Below, in pieces: positions 20,464 through 29,873 of a DNA stretch of 64,000 nucleotides. Both the position numbers and the translations under genes were made by a program. Source of the DNA: Bacillota bacterium (GTDB lineage Bacteria; Bacillota; Clostridia; Tissierellales; Tissierellaceae); assembly GCA_051744365.1 (NCBI GenBank), contig JBNJCX010000005.1:2217-66216 (forward strand), written 5' to 3'. A model generated the notes under the pieces. It was not told the origin of the DNA and searched no databases. It worked only from the letters and a program-made list of their open reading frames with translations. The number at the start of each line of letters is the position of its first letter. The stretch's first letter is position 1.

Positions 20464-20718
20464 TTGGCAGAGAAGGATGCAATAATCGTACGATTAAGAA
20501 GAGTAGAAGGTCAGATAAAGGGTATACAAAAAATGGTGGATGAGGACAAGTTCTGTGGAGATATATTGATTCAGATATCAGCTGCAAGAAGTGCCCTGAA
20601 TAATGTTGGAGGGCTCATTCTTGAGAATTATATGAAGAATTGTCTATTGGAGGCACCGGATGGTTCTGAAGAGGAACTTGACAAGCTGATTGAGATTATG
20701 CTTAAATACACCAAATAA
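20464..20718 (+). CDS. CsoR/RcnR/CstR-family metal- or thiol-sensing transcriptional repressor (DUF156)
   Basis: RLRRVEGQIKGIQKMVDEDKFCGDILIQISAARSAL is the family signature. TTG 20464 is correctly spaced from AGGAGG (20451-56), whereas the track's GTG 20458 is only 1 nt from it. Confidence 0.85.
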   Translation: MAEKDAIIVRLRRVEGQIKGIQKMVDEDKFCGDILIQISAARSALNNVGGLILENYMKNCLLEAPDGSEEELDKLIEIMLKYTK

Positions 20719-20789
20719 TCCATGAATTCATCTGGGAATCATCCTGAAAAAAAGGTATCAAAATTTAATAATTTGAAAGGAGTCGGAAT

Positions 20790-22019
20790 ATGAATTTTAA
20801 TAATCTTAAGGAAACAGACAAGGCGGTAATGGAAATTGTTAATGAGGAGATTGCCCGTCAGAATAAGCACATTGAACTTATAGCATCGGAGAACTTTGTT
20901 TCTGAGGCTGTAATGGAGGCAATGGGAAGTCAATTGACAAATAAATATGCAGAAGGGTATCCTGGCAAGAGATATTACGGAGGATGTGAAGTAGTAGACA
21001 AAGCGGAGACACTTGCCATTGAAAGACTTAAAGAGCTTTTTGGTGCTGACCATGCTAATGTGCAACCACATTCAGGATCAAATGCTAACCTTGCTGTATA
21101 CTTTGCTTTTTTAAAGCCGGGAGACAAGGTTCTTGGAATGAAGCTGTCACAGGGAGGACACCTTACCCACGGAAGTCCTGTAAATATTTCAGGAGTGTAC
21201 TTCAATTTTGTAGAATATGGTGTTGACCCGGAAACTGAAACCATAGATTACGATGAAGTAAGAAGAATAGCACTTGAAGAAAAACCAAAGATGATTGTAG
21301 CTGGCGCAAGTGCATACGCAAGAAAAATTGATTTCAGAAAATTCAAGGAAATTGCTGATGAAGTGGACGCATATCTAATGGTTGATATGGCTCATATAGC
21401 TGGATTGATTGCGGCTGACCTTCATCAGAACCCAGTACCATATGCCGACTTCGTAACAACTACCACACACAAGACTCTGAGGGGACCTAGGGGAGGAGCT
21501 ATACTTTGCAAGGCTGAGTATGCCAAGGCAATAGATAAGGCAATTTTCCCTGGAATACAAGGCGGCCCGCTGATGCATGTTATTGCTGCAAAAGCAGTTG
21601 CATTTGGAGAAGCTTTACAGCCTGACTTCAAGGTTTACCAGAAACAGGTAATTGTTAATACCAATACTCTTGCTGAGGCATTGATAGAAGAAGGATTCAG
21701 ACTTGTTTCAGGTGGAACGGACAATCATTTGATTTTGATTGATGTAAGAAATAAAGGCTTGACAGGAAAAGTTGCAGAGACTATGCTAAACAATGTAGGT
21801 ATTGCAACCAACAAGAATACAATACCAAATGATCCTGAAAGTCCATTTGTTACAAGTGGTGTCAGAATTGGAACTGCTGCAATGACTACAAGAGGTATGA
21901 ATGAAGCTGAGATGAAGGAAATTGCAGAGCTGATAGCAAGGGCTCTGGAATCTGATAGTGATAAAGAAGCTGTAAAACAGAGAGTATACACTCTGTGCGA
22001 TAAGTTTCCGCTTTATTAG
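20790..22019 (+). CDS. glyA: Serine hydroxymethyltransferase
   Basis: [13 protein letters not shown] (PLP-binding Lys) and ELIASENF. Confidence 0.97.
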   Translation: MNFNNLKETDKAVMEIVNEEIARQNKHIELIASENFVSEAVMEAMGSQLTNKYAEGYPGKRYYGGCEVVDKAETLAIERLKELFGADHANVQPHSGSNANLAVYFAFLKPGDKVLGMKLSQGGHLTHGSPVNISGVYFNFVEYGVDPETETIDYDEVRRIALEEKPKMIVAGASAYARKIDFRKFKEIADEVDAYLMVDMAHIAGLIAADLHQNPVPYADFVTTTTHKTLRGPRGGAILCKAEYAKAIDKAIFPGIQGGPLMHVIAAKAVAFGEALQPDFKVYQKQVIVNTNTLAEALIEEGFRLVSGGTDNHLILIDVRNKGLTGKVAETMLNNVGIATNKNTIPNDPESPFVTSGVRIGTAAMTTRGMNEAEMKEIAELIARALESDSDKEAVKQRVYTLCDKFPLY

Positions 22020-22029
22020 TTCAGTAAAT

Positions 22030-22053
22030 AAGCCTACAGCAAGCTGTAGGCTT
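22030..22053 (+). terminator. Perfect 10-bp hairpin after glyA (no clear U-tract)
   Basis: aagcctacag pairs with ctgtaggctt across the loop caag. The downstream tail is aactaat, so terminator function is uncertain. Confidence 0.4.
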
Positions 22054-22082
22054 AACTAATGTATATAGACAGGTGGTTTATT

Positions 22083-23420
22083 ATGGAAATAACAAACATT
22101 AAGGAATCCAGAAATATAATTGAGGATATAGAACTGGGTAGTATAGCTGACGAATTGGAACTGGATCCAGGGGATGTCTTATTGAGCATCAACGACAGAA
22201 AGGTAAAAGATGTCATTGATTACAAATATATGATGGCGGATGAATATCTGGTAATCGAGATTGAGAAGACAAATGGAGATATATGGGAGCTTGAAATTGA
22301 AAAGGAGCCCGGTGAGGATTTGGGGATTATATTTACCAATCCGCTGATAGACAGAGCCAGGAGCTGTAACAACAAATGCATGTTCTGTTTCATTGACCAG
22401 TTACCGCCAAATATGAGAGATACATTGTACTTCAAGGATGATGATTCCAGACTGTCATTTCTTCAAGGAAATTTCATAACGTTGACCAATATGAGCGAGG
22501 ATGAAATTCAGAGGATAATTGACTACAGACTAAGTCCGATAAACGTATCTGTTCATACAACTAATCCTGAGTTGAGAGTAAAGATGTTGAGAAATAAAAA
22601 TGCAGGTAAAATATTTGAAACTCTCAAAAAATTTCATGAAGTCAACATTGAGATGAACTGCCAAATAGTACTGGTTCCTGGAGTAAATGATGGGGAGGAG
22701 CTAATAAACACCATAGCAGATCTTTCCACATTATATCCATCCATACATTCTGTCGCTGTGGTACCTGTCGGCTTAACAAAGTACAGACAAGGTCTTGATG
22801 AGCTTCAAATTTATGACAATATAAAAGCAGCTACGGTGGTTGATGAAATTCATAGGATGCAGGAGCATTACCTAAAGACAATCGACACAAGATATATTTT
22901 TGCATCCGATGAGTTCTATGTCGTTTCCGGAAAAAAGCTGCCTGAAGAAGAAGAGTATGAGGGTTATCCCCAATACGAAAATGGTGTGGGACTTCTAAGG
23001 TCTTTTAGTAAGGAAGTTGAGGATGCACTTCTAAAATCAAAGAAATATGAATCCAGTAAAAAAATTGTATTTGCAACTGGTACATTGGCCTTTGATTTTA
23101 TGAAAGAAATTGCAGAGTTGATTACGAAGAAATATGATAACCTTGTTATAGAGGTTGTTCCTATCAAAAACCATTTCTTTGGAGAGACAATAACAGTATC
23201 AGGTCTGGTAACAGCCGTGGATCTTGTGGAACAGACTAAAGTGTATAAGGATTTTGATGAGGTCGTTATCCCAAGATCCATGCTGAAGAGGGATGAAGAT
23301 ATCTTCTTGGACAATATAACCCTGGAAGAGGCGTCGAGAAAATTGGGAATGAATATTATTCCATCCAAGGTGGATGGGTATGAATTAATTAATATAATTG
23401 AGACAGGGGTGAGGTCGTGA
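22083..23420 (+). CDS. DUF512 radical-SAM-like protein with N-terminal PDZ domain
   Basis: [18 protein letters not shown] Cys motif. Conserved neighbour upstream of der in Firmicutes. ATG 22083 follows aggtgg. Confidence 0.8.
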   Translation: MEITNIKESRNIIEDIELGSIADELELDPGDVLLSINDRKVKDVIDYKYMMADEYLVIEIEKTNGDIWELEIEKEPGEDLGIIFTNPLIDRARSCNNKCMFCFIDQLPPNMRDTLYFKDDDSRLSFLQGNFITLTNMSEDEIQRIIDYRLSPINVSVHTTNPELRVKMLRNKNAGKIFETLKKFHEVNIEMNCQIVLVPGVNDGEELINTIADLSTLYPSIHSVAVVPVGLTKYRQGLDELQIYDNIKAATVVDEIHRMQEHYLKTIDTRYIFASDEFYVVSGKKLPEEEEYEGYPQYENGVGLLRSFSKEVEDALLKSKKYESSKKIVFATGTLAFDFMKEIAELITKKYDNLVIEVVPIKNHFFGETITVSGLVTAVDLVEQTKVYKDFDEVVIPRSMLKRDEDIFLDNITLEEASRKLGMNIIPSKVDGYELINIIETGVRS

Positions 23421-24733
23421 GTAGACCGATTGTATGTATAGTAGGTCGTCCTAACGTTGGTAAATCAACGTTATTTAACAAGATTGCCGGTAGAAGGATA
23501 GCGATAACTGAAGATACGCCTGGAGTTACCAGAGATAGGATATATGCCGAGGCGGAATGGCTGGGAAATAACTTTACTATTATCGACACCGGGGGACTAG
23601 AGCCGGAAAATGAAGATGTGGTAATGAAAAACATAAGAAAACAGGCTGATATTGCCATTGATACTGCTGATGTAATATTGTTTGTAGTTGATGGAACTGT
23701 CGGCCTCACAACCACTGACAGGGAAATAGGAGATCTGCTGAGAAGATCAGGCAAGAATGTTGTACTGGCAGCCAATAAGATTGACACAAGAAAGACTCCT
23801 GAAGAAATATACGAATTTTATGAATTGGGGCTGGGCGAGCCAATGATTATTTCGTCGGAGCAATCCCTTGGCCTCGGAGATTTGCTGGATGAGCTTGCAA
23901 AATATTTCCCGGATGAAAAGGACATGGGAGATGAGGAGGATACGATAAGAGTAGCATTTATTGGAAGACCAAATTCTGGCAAATCATCATTGATTAATCA
24001 TATCCTAGGGGAGGAAAGAGTAATAGTCACTGACATTCCAGGAACTACCCGTGATTCGATTGACAGCCACTTTATTGTGGGAGAAAACAATTACGTATTT
24101 GTAGATACTGCTGGTTTAAGAAGAAAGAGATACATTTCAGAAAAAGTTGAGAGATATTCTGTTGTAAGGACTCTTGCTGCCATAGACAGAGCTGATATAT
24201 GTGTAATGGTTATAGATGGAACAATGGGACCGACAGAACAGGATACAAAAATTGCAGGCTATGCCCATGATAACGGCAAGGGGATAATTCTTGCAGTCAA
24301 CAAATGGGACATTGTTGACAAAAATGACAAGACTTACTTGTCTTTCGAGAAAGACCTGAGAGAAACCTTTGGATTCCTCAATTATGCTCCCATACTCTTT
24401 ATTTCTGCAATCACAGGTCAAAGAATTAATAAGCTTCTGGAGACCATTAATATTGTAAACAACAACTATAATATGAGGATAAGTACTGGAGTATTGAACG
24501 ATATTCTCAATCAGGCAGTTCTTATGAACCAACCACCTTCAGATAAGGGAAGGAGAGCAAAAATATACTATGGTACCCAGGTATCTGTAAGACCGCCAAA
24601 ATTTGTAATATTTGTAAACTCCAAGGAACTGATGCATTTTTCATATGTAAGGTATTTGGAAAACCAAATTCGAAACCATTTTGGATTTATGGGGACACCA
24701 ATTAGATTTGAGCTCAGAGAAAAGGGAGAATAG
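23417..24733 (+). CDS. der: Ribosome biogenesis GTPase Der (EngA)
   Basis: Two G domains (GRPNVGKST and GRPNSGKSS; DTGG and DTAG; NKID and NKWD). Confidence 0.96.
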   Translation: MSRPIVCIVGRPNVGKSTLFNKIAGRRIAITEDTPGVTRDRIYAEAEWLGNNFTIIDTGGLEPENEDVVMKNIRKQADIAIDTADVILFVVDGTVGLTTTDREIGDLLRRSGKNVVLAANKIDTRKTPEEIYEFYELGLGEPMIISSEQSLGLGDLLDELAKYFPDEKDMGDEEDTIRVAFIGRPNSGKSSLINHILGEERVIVTDIPGTTRDSIDSHFIVGENNYVFVDTAGLRRKRYISEKVERYSVVRTLAAIDRADICVMVIDGTMGPTEQDTKIAGYAHDNGKGIILAVNKWDIVDKNDKTYLSFEKDLRETFGFLNYAPILFISAITGQRINKLLETINIVNNNYNMRISTGVLNDILNQAVLMNQPPSDKGRRAKIYYGTQVSVRPPKFVIFVNSKELMHFSYVRYLENQIRNHFGFMGTPIRFELREKGE

Positions 24734-24735
24734 AT

Positions 24736-25323
24736 ATGAAATTGCTTTTAGTACTGATACTTTCATACTTGATTGGAAGCTTTTCTTCAGCATATGTCGT
24801 GGGGAAAGCATTCAAGCAAATTGATATCAGAAACCATGGAAGTGGAAATGCAGGAGCAACCAACGCATTGCGTATAATGGGAAAGAAACTGGGCGTTCTT
24901 ACTTTTCTTATGGATTTTGTAAAAGGAACTGTTGCAGTATTAATAGGCCTTAATCTGGGAGGATATAACGGAGGCCTGATTGCAGGTCTGTTCGCAGTGA
25001 TTGGTCACAACTGGCCAGTCTTTTTCAGATTCAAGGGAGGCAAGGGAATAGCTACAACGATAGCTGCAATGGCTGTTATACAGTTTCCGATAACTCTTAT
25101 CAGTGTTATTTTGGGTGTGGCAACAGCCATTATTAGCAAATATGTATCCCTTGGTTCATTGGTATTTTTAACAGTACTATTTGTACTTACGTTTACTGGT
25201 TTGTCTGATGGCAAGACTAGCACATCCATCATGACTTTTCTTTTAATGATTCTTGGATATTTTAGACACAGGGAAAATATAAAGCGCTTGGTTAAGGGAA
25301 CAGAAAATAAAATTGGCAGGTGA
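24736..25323 (+). CDS. plsY: Glycerol-3-phosphate acyltransferase PlsY
   Basis: GSGNAGATNALR motif in a polytopic membrane protein. Confidence 0.94.
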   Translation: MKLLLVLILSYLIGSFSSAYVVGKAFKQIDIRNHGSGNAGATNALRIMGKKLGVLTFLMDFVKGTVAVLIGLNLGGYNGGLIAGLFAVIGHNWPVFFRFKGGKGIATTIAAMAVIQFPITLISVILGVATAIISKYVSLGSLVFLTVLFVLTFTGLSDGKTSTSIMTFLLMILGYFRHRENIKRLVKGTENKIGR

Positions 25324-26357
25324 TTTCATTGGAAACCAGAGTCGTAGTTCTAGGCGGAGGAAGCTGGGGGACAGCTTTATCAGTACTTCTGACAAAAAAA
25401 GGGATTAAAACTGACTTATGGGTCAGATCTGATGAACAGGCAAAGATTATGGCTGAAAACAGAATGAATAAGAGGTATCTGCCGGATATTGAGTTACCGG
25501 AAGAACTCTCCATAGGTTCAGATCTTGTGACCAAAATAGATCAAAGCAATATTGTTGTTCTGGCAGTCCCGACTCACAGCATCAGGGCACTTCTAGAGCA
25601 GTTGAAAGGTGCAGTAAAGTCTGATCAGATAATAGTGAACGTAGCCAAGGGAATCGAGAACACTACAAAGAAAAGGATATCAGAGATTGTTTATGAATAC
25701 TTTCCTGAGAACCAATTTGTTGTCCTTTCAGGGCCTTCCCACGCAGAGGAAGTAGCCTTGGAAATACCTACAACTGTTGTTTCTGCATCTAAAAGCAAAA
25801 ATGTTGCGGAATATATCCAGGATGTATTTTCATGTCCTACATTCAGGATATACACTAATCCTGATGTCATTGGTGTTGAACTGGGTGGTGCCCTTAAGAA
25901 TATAATAGCCTTGGGAGCAGGAATATCCGATGGACTTGGGTATGGTGACAATACAAAGGCTGCATTAATGACGCGGGGAATCTATGAAATGTCAAAACTA
26001 GGGGTGGAATTGGGAGCTGATGCCGATACATTTTCAGGACTTTCAGGAATAGGTGACCTTATAGTTACCTGTACAAGTATGCATAGCAGAAATAGAAGAG
26101 CAGGAATTCTGATAGGAAAGGGTTATTCCATGGAAGATGCAGCAGATGAGATCGGCATGGTTGTGGAAGGTATAAAGACAACAAAATCCACAATTGAACT
26201 TGCTGGAGATATCGGGATAGATATGCCCATAACAAGGGAGATATATAATGTACTTTACAACGGAGCGGATGTAAGGGATTCTGTTGGAAAGCTTATGGGG
26301 AGATCCATGAAACATGAAATGGAAATTGTAGCAGCAAATAAAAAGATAAGCTGGTAA
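25320..26357 (+). CDS. gpsA: NAD(P)H-dependent glycerol-3-phosphate dehydrogenase
   Basis: VLGGGSWGTALS Rossmann loop and GALKNIIALGAGISDGL. GTG start overlaps the plsY stop. Confidence 0.95.
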   Translation: MISLETRVVVLGGGSWGTALSVLLTKKGIKTDLWVRSDEQAKIMAENRMNKRYLPDIELPEELSIGSDLVTKIDQSNIVVLAVPTHSIRALLEQLKGAVKSDQIIVNVAKGIENTTKKRISEIVYEYFPENQFVVLSGPSHAEEVALEIPTTVVSASKSKNVAEYIQDVFSCPTFRIYTNPDVIGVELGGALKNIIALGAGISDGLGYGDNTKAALMTRGIYEMSKLGVELGADADTFSGLSGIGDLIVTCTSMHSRNRRAGILIGKGYSMEDAADEIGMVVEGIKTTKSTIELAGDIGIDMPITREIYNVLYNGADVRDSVGKLMGRSMKHEMEIVAANKKISW

Positions 26358-26386
26358 CCTAGAAGGTTGCCAGCTTATCTCTTATT
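26344..26386 (+). terminator. Strong hairpin terminator overlapping the gpsA stop
   Basis: 16-bp stem: agataagctggtaacc (26344-59) pairs with ggttgccagcttatct (26365-80), with one G-U pair. The tail is cttatt. Confidence 0.7.
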
Positions 26387-26440
26387 GGTCGGAGTGATAG
26401 GATTTGAACCTACGGCCCCTAGTCTTCCAGAATAGAGTAC
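26384..26440 (-). repeat. Displaced 3'-half copy of tRNA-Pro (left direct repeat, att-like)
   Basis: 26384-26424 is identical (41/41) to 28014-28054, which covers the acceptor 3' strand, T-arm and variable loop plus 2 flanking nt. The next 16 nt match 10/16 (degenerate anticodon arm). There is no 5' half. Confidence 0.85.
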
Positions 26441-26674
26441 TGCTTTTTGTGGTTTGTGGTAACTCTTGTATCCATTGGTATTACTAGGTTATATGGGTAT
26501 GGGATATTTCAACTTTTGGTAAAATAACGCCACTTTTTGTATTAATAGTTGGATTGTTTTCCAGGAATTGACAACTCTAATTATTAATAATAGTATTAAA
26601 GTAATAAAGCACTAGTGGGGTGATTTAATTGTTGCATGAAAATAGAAAGATAAGGGAAAAAGGGGAAAGTTTAA

Positions 26675-27109
26675 CTTAATATCCCTAGTAATTATGTAGT
26701 AGTAGATATCGAAACTACAGGACTCGATTCGAGGTTTGATGATATCATAGAAATTGGAGCTTTGAAAGTTTCAAACTTCAACATTATCGAAGAGTTTCAA
26801 ACGCTTATTCAACCTCCTTATTATGAAGAAGTGAATGGTGAAGGAGAAAATGAGAAATATTTTGTGAGCGACTTTATAACTGAATTGACAGGAATAACAA
26901 ATGAAATGTTGGAAAACGCTTCTACAATAGATCAAGTAATGCCAGGTTTTATTGATTTTATTGGAGGAGATATACTTGTTGGACATAATATACACTTTGA
27001 TTTGAATTTCCTTTATGATATTACAATTAATGAACTTAATCACAAGTTGAATAATGATTTCATGGATTTATTGCGGATATCCAGAAGAGTTGGAAGAGTA
27101 ATTAAATAA
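26675..27109 (+). pseudogene. DEDDh (DnaQ/PolC-epsilon-like) 3'-5' exonuclease remnant
   Basis: Open frame from the stop at 26672-74. Exo I (YVVVDIETTGLD, 26693-) lies upstream of any ATG/GTG/TTG, and the first candidate start is TTG 26762. Exo II (LVGHNIHFDLNFL) is present. Exo III (HxAxxD) is absent because the frame ends at 27109. Confidence 0.6.
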
Positions 27110-27128
27110 AATATAAGGGGGTTGTATT

Positions 27129-27599
27129 ATGCACGGGAAAGGACTAATTAATATTAATCAATTTAATGAAGAATACAAAGAAGACATAATGGATATGTTA
27201 CCGGAATTTGACATTGACAAAGGAATTGAAGAGTTAGTAACCGCAATTAATGAAATCGATATATTTTGTTCAGCTGGTTCATGTCAAGGCGAATTAATAC
27301 CGGAAGAAAGTGGTGGGCATGTTCAAATGACTTATGTTGATTTTTATGTATTGTACCATCAATATGATGTAGCAAATAATTTACTTAATCGGTTAGTGCA
27401 TAAATTTGGATCCGTCCTTAATTGTCAAATATGGTTTGAGGCAGGTTTTGACTTTATAGGAGAAAACGAAATAAGGGATAACGGGCGAATTGAATTAAGA
27501 TACAGAATTGAGATATATGCGAATGACTGTATGGAACCAATGAAAACATATAAAGACATAGTAAGGGAAGTTAAACAATATAAGGGGGCTATATTATGA
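27129..27599 (+). CDS. Hypothetical protein (156 aa), family not recognised
   Basis: ATG lies 7 nt after aaggggg. The frame is uninterrupted, with no recognisable motif and no TM segment or signal peptide. Confidence 0.5.
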   Translation: MHGKGLININQFNEEYKEDIMDMLPEFDIDKGIEELVTAINEIDIFCSAGSCQGELIPEESGGHVQMTYVDFYVLYHQYDVANNLLNRLVHKFGSVLNCQIWFEAGFDFIGENEIRDNGRIELRYRIEIYANDCMEPMKTYKDIVREVKQYKGAIL

Positions 27600-28015
27600 C
27601 CATAGCAAAGAAGCTTTAAAATCTTCATTGTGGTAATCATTATATCATTTTTCGGATGGTTGATAATTACAACAATAATGGGTGGATTTATACAAATAAT
27701 ATTTATAATGATGTTGATATTTAAGGATATTTTTAAAAGTATTGTGTATTCTATTAAAATGGAAAAATAACATAAAATCAAGGGTTCCAGAGATTATCTG
27801 AGACTCTTTTTTTTGTTTCTGAAATCATTACATCTGGACCTTAGTCTCTTTTGATGTTTTTGGGGTATATTTAGAAGTAGAATATTGGAAAATAGCCATT
27901 TGAAGAATGAGTATCGAAAACTGCAAAAAAACGGGAGTAGTTGGATTTTTGTAGGGAATAAGAAAATGCCAAAAAATAGAAAATGCTGAAACCGTACAGA
28001 TTTCAACATTTGCAT

Positions 28016-28092
28016 TGGTCGGAGTGATAGGATTTGAACCTACGGCCCCTAGTCCCCCAGACTAGTGCGCTACCAAGCTGCGCCACACCCCG
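28016..28092 (-). tRNA. tRNA-Pro (anticodon GGG), CCA encoded
   Basis: The reverse complement is CGGGGTG-TG-GCGC-AGCTTGGTA-GCGC-A-CTAGT-CTGGGGG-ACTAG-GGGCC-GTAGG-TTCAAAT-CCTAT-CACTCCG-A-CCA. It folds as a full cloverleaf with T33, anticodon GGG at positions 34-36 and G37. Confidence 0.9.
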
Positions 28093-28103
28093 CCACAAGC
28101 TGT

Positions 28104-28132
28104 ATTATAACTGATAAATTTCATTTTGTAAA
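28104..28132 (-). promoter_or_regulatory. Consensus sigma-A promoter for tRNA-Pro
   Basis: On the minus strand: TTTACA (28132-28127), a 17-nt spacer, then TATAAT (28109-28104). The -10 lies about 11 nt upstream of the mature 5' end. Confidence 0.7.
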
Positions 28133-28194
28133 GTGGTTTAAAAAGAGTAAAAATTATGATATACTGATTTTAATTATAGATTGGAGGATTATGC

Positions 28195-28569
28195 ATGTTT
28201 GAGTTTCTGATGGCAATTTCAGGGATGGCTCTTTTTGCCGGGATACTGGGTTATACTCTTGTTGTTCTCAAGGAGAAATTTTATCTAAAGAACAACATTA
28301 TATTCATAGACAATAGATATATTTCACAGGATGAGATAGAGGACACCGATATGCAGGAATTCTTTCTTGATGGAACCAAAGTGAAAGCTGGTGATGAAAT
28401 CAGTATAATGACAAAATCCAAGGAAAAGTTCAAGGGAATTCTTATCGGAGCTATTCACAGTGACCAGTCAATAAAAATGGTGACATATGCCAACGAAGTT
28501 ATAAAGCTTAAGATAGAAAGTATAAATCAATTTAAGATAATGAGTAAATATGGCAAATTTTTTAGTTAG
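28195..28569 (+). CDS. Hypothetical small membrane-anchored protein
   Basis: N-terminal TM segment (MAISGMALFAGILGYTLVVL) followed by a soluble domain. SD is ggagga. Family not recognised. Confidence 0.55.
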   Translation: MFEFLMAISGMALFAGILGYTLVVLKEKFYLKNNIIFIDNRYISQDEIEDTDMQEFFLDGTKVKAGDEISIMTKSKEKFKGILIGAIHSDQSIKMVTYANEVIKLKIESINQFKIMSKYGKFFS

Positions 28570-28580
28570 GTGTGACTTAA

Positions 28581-29840
28581 ATGATAAGATATCAGGGAGA
28601 CATAAAAAGAAAGTTGATTCTTTTCATAGGATTTATTGTCCTGGTGCTCCTTGCATTGAATATCCTTCCAAGATTTTTTAGTGATGATGACCTCCTCGTT
28701 CTGCCGGAGGAATTCGAGTATCTGGTAGAAATACCAGCGAAAGGTATTCTGGTAAGAGATGAGGAGTTGTATTATTCAGAAGTAGATGGCGACATATATA
28801 AAGTTGCCGCTGAAGGAGAAAGAGTAAGGGTTGGACAAATTGTAGTAGACATACTTCTACAGCAGGACACGACAAACCTCAAAAGTGAGCTTAACAGCAT
28901 TGAGAATATGATTGGTTTCTATAATGAAATTCAGACTGAAGAAGATACTGATGCCACTGTCAGCCTCAATGGAGTAGAGGTATTGGTTTCAAAACTTCAG
29001 AGTCAAATTGCTGCAAGAGACTATCAAGGTGTACATGATTCAAGGGAAGTCCTCCTATTACAGTCCACTACCTTCAATGAGCTTTCTCAGACATATATTT
29101 CAGGTGAAATCACAATGGAATCTCTTCTTGAAAGACGTGAAAGCCTCTACCAACAGATTTCAAAATATGACAAGAAAATCTACTCTAGAAATTCAGGCCT
29201 GGTATCATATAATATAGATGGATGGGAAGAATCTTTGCGTCCGACAAGCCTGAATGAAATAAGTGTCGATATTCTAGATATAGACAAGGAAATAAACGGT
29301 CAGAAAAAAGAAGCGGGAAGTAATCCTGTGTTTAAAATTATTGATGACTATCAGTGGCTTGTTATAGTGAAGGTTGATGGGGAGCTTTACTCAAAATTTG
29401 AAATTGACGACCGACTGGAAATTTCAATTTCCAGTAATGAAGAGCTGCTGGTATCGGCTAAGCTTCCTGTAATTGATACAATTGAAGAAGACAATACTAG
29501 ACTTCTTGTTTTGGAAGGAACCAAATATATTGAAAAACTATATGATAAAAGAAAAGTCGACATAAGCATTGTAACTGTTAAAGAGAACACTCTTAGGATT
29601 CCAGAAAGATCCCTGGTGGAGAGAGATGGTATCAATGGAGTTTTGGTCAAGGAATTTTATGGGGTTGTCACCTTCAGACCAGTTGAAGTAATTGCAAACG
29701 ATGATAGATATGCCTATGTTTCCAAGGGTGACAGCAATGGTTATATAAAATCAGGTGAAGAGTCAGTTAGAACCATCTCAATATTCAGTGAAATAATAAT
29801 TGAGCCTGAGTCTGCCCAGGTTGGTGATATACTAAAGTGA
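28581..29840 (+). CDS. HlyD-like membrane-anchored protein (periplasmic-adaptor-like architecture)
   Basis: N-terminal TM segment, a long coiled-coil middle section and a beta-rich C-terminus. The call rests on architecture only. Confidence 0.5.
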   Translation: MIRYQGDIKRKLILFIGFIVLVLLALNILPRFFSDDDLLVLPEEFEYLVEIPAKGILVRDEELYYSEVDGDIYKVAAEGERVRVGQIVVDILLQQDTTNLKSELNSIENMIGFYNEIQTEEDTDATVSLNGVEVLVSKLQSQIAARDYQGVHDSREVLLLQSTTFNELSQTYISGEITMESLLERRESLYQQISKYDKKIYSRNSGLVSYNIDGWEESLRPTSLNEISVDILDIDKEINGQKKEAGSNPVFKIIDDYQWLVIVKVDGELYSKFEIDDRLEISISSNEELLVSAKLPVIDTIEEDNTRLLVLEGTKYIEKLYDKRKVDISIVTVKENTLRIPERSLVERDGINGVLVKEFYGVVTFRPVEVIANDDRYAYVSKGDSNGYIKSGEESVRTISIFSEIIIEPESAQVGDILK

Positions 29841-29873
29841 GGGGAGGTCTTTAAAATTACCATCAAAGAAAAT

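Larger units (their letters stand above)
26384..28054. mobile_element. Decayed integrated islet (~1.6 kb) in the 3' end of tRNA-Pro; no integrase present
   Basis: The islet is bounded by the 41-bp direct repeat of the tRNA 3' half. Its interior is visibly AT-rich and gene-poor, and interrupts an otherwise housekeeping gene order. Confidence 0.45.

Noticed and set aside
27660-27770. Small hydrophobic ORF in the islet ((L)IITTIMGGFIQIIFIMMLIFKDIFKSIVYSIKMEK), considered as a type I toxin-like peptide
   Set aside because: There is no convincing SD for either TTG 27660 or ATG 27678. In such AT-rich sequence Ile/Phe/Lys-rich ORFs arise by chance, and I saw no obvious antisense RNA promoter or terminator pair.
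27425-28015. Minus-strand ORFs 27425-27781 and 27794-28015, examined as possible integrase or recombinase remnants next to the tRNA
   Set aside because: In no frame do the translations show tyrosine- or serine-recombinase motifs (no R..HxxR..Y pattern). They are low-complexity and lack RBSs, so I treat them as non-coding.
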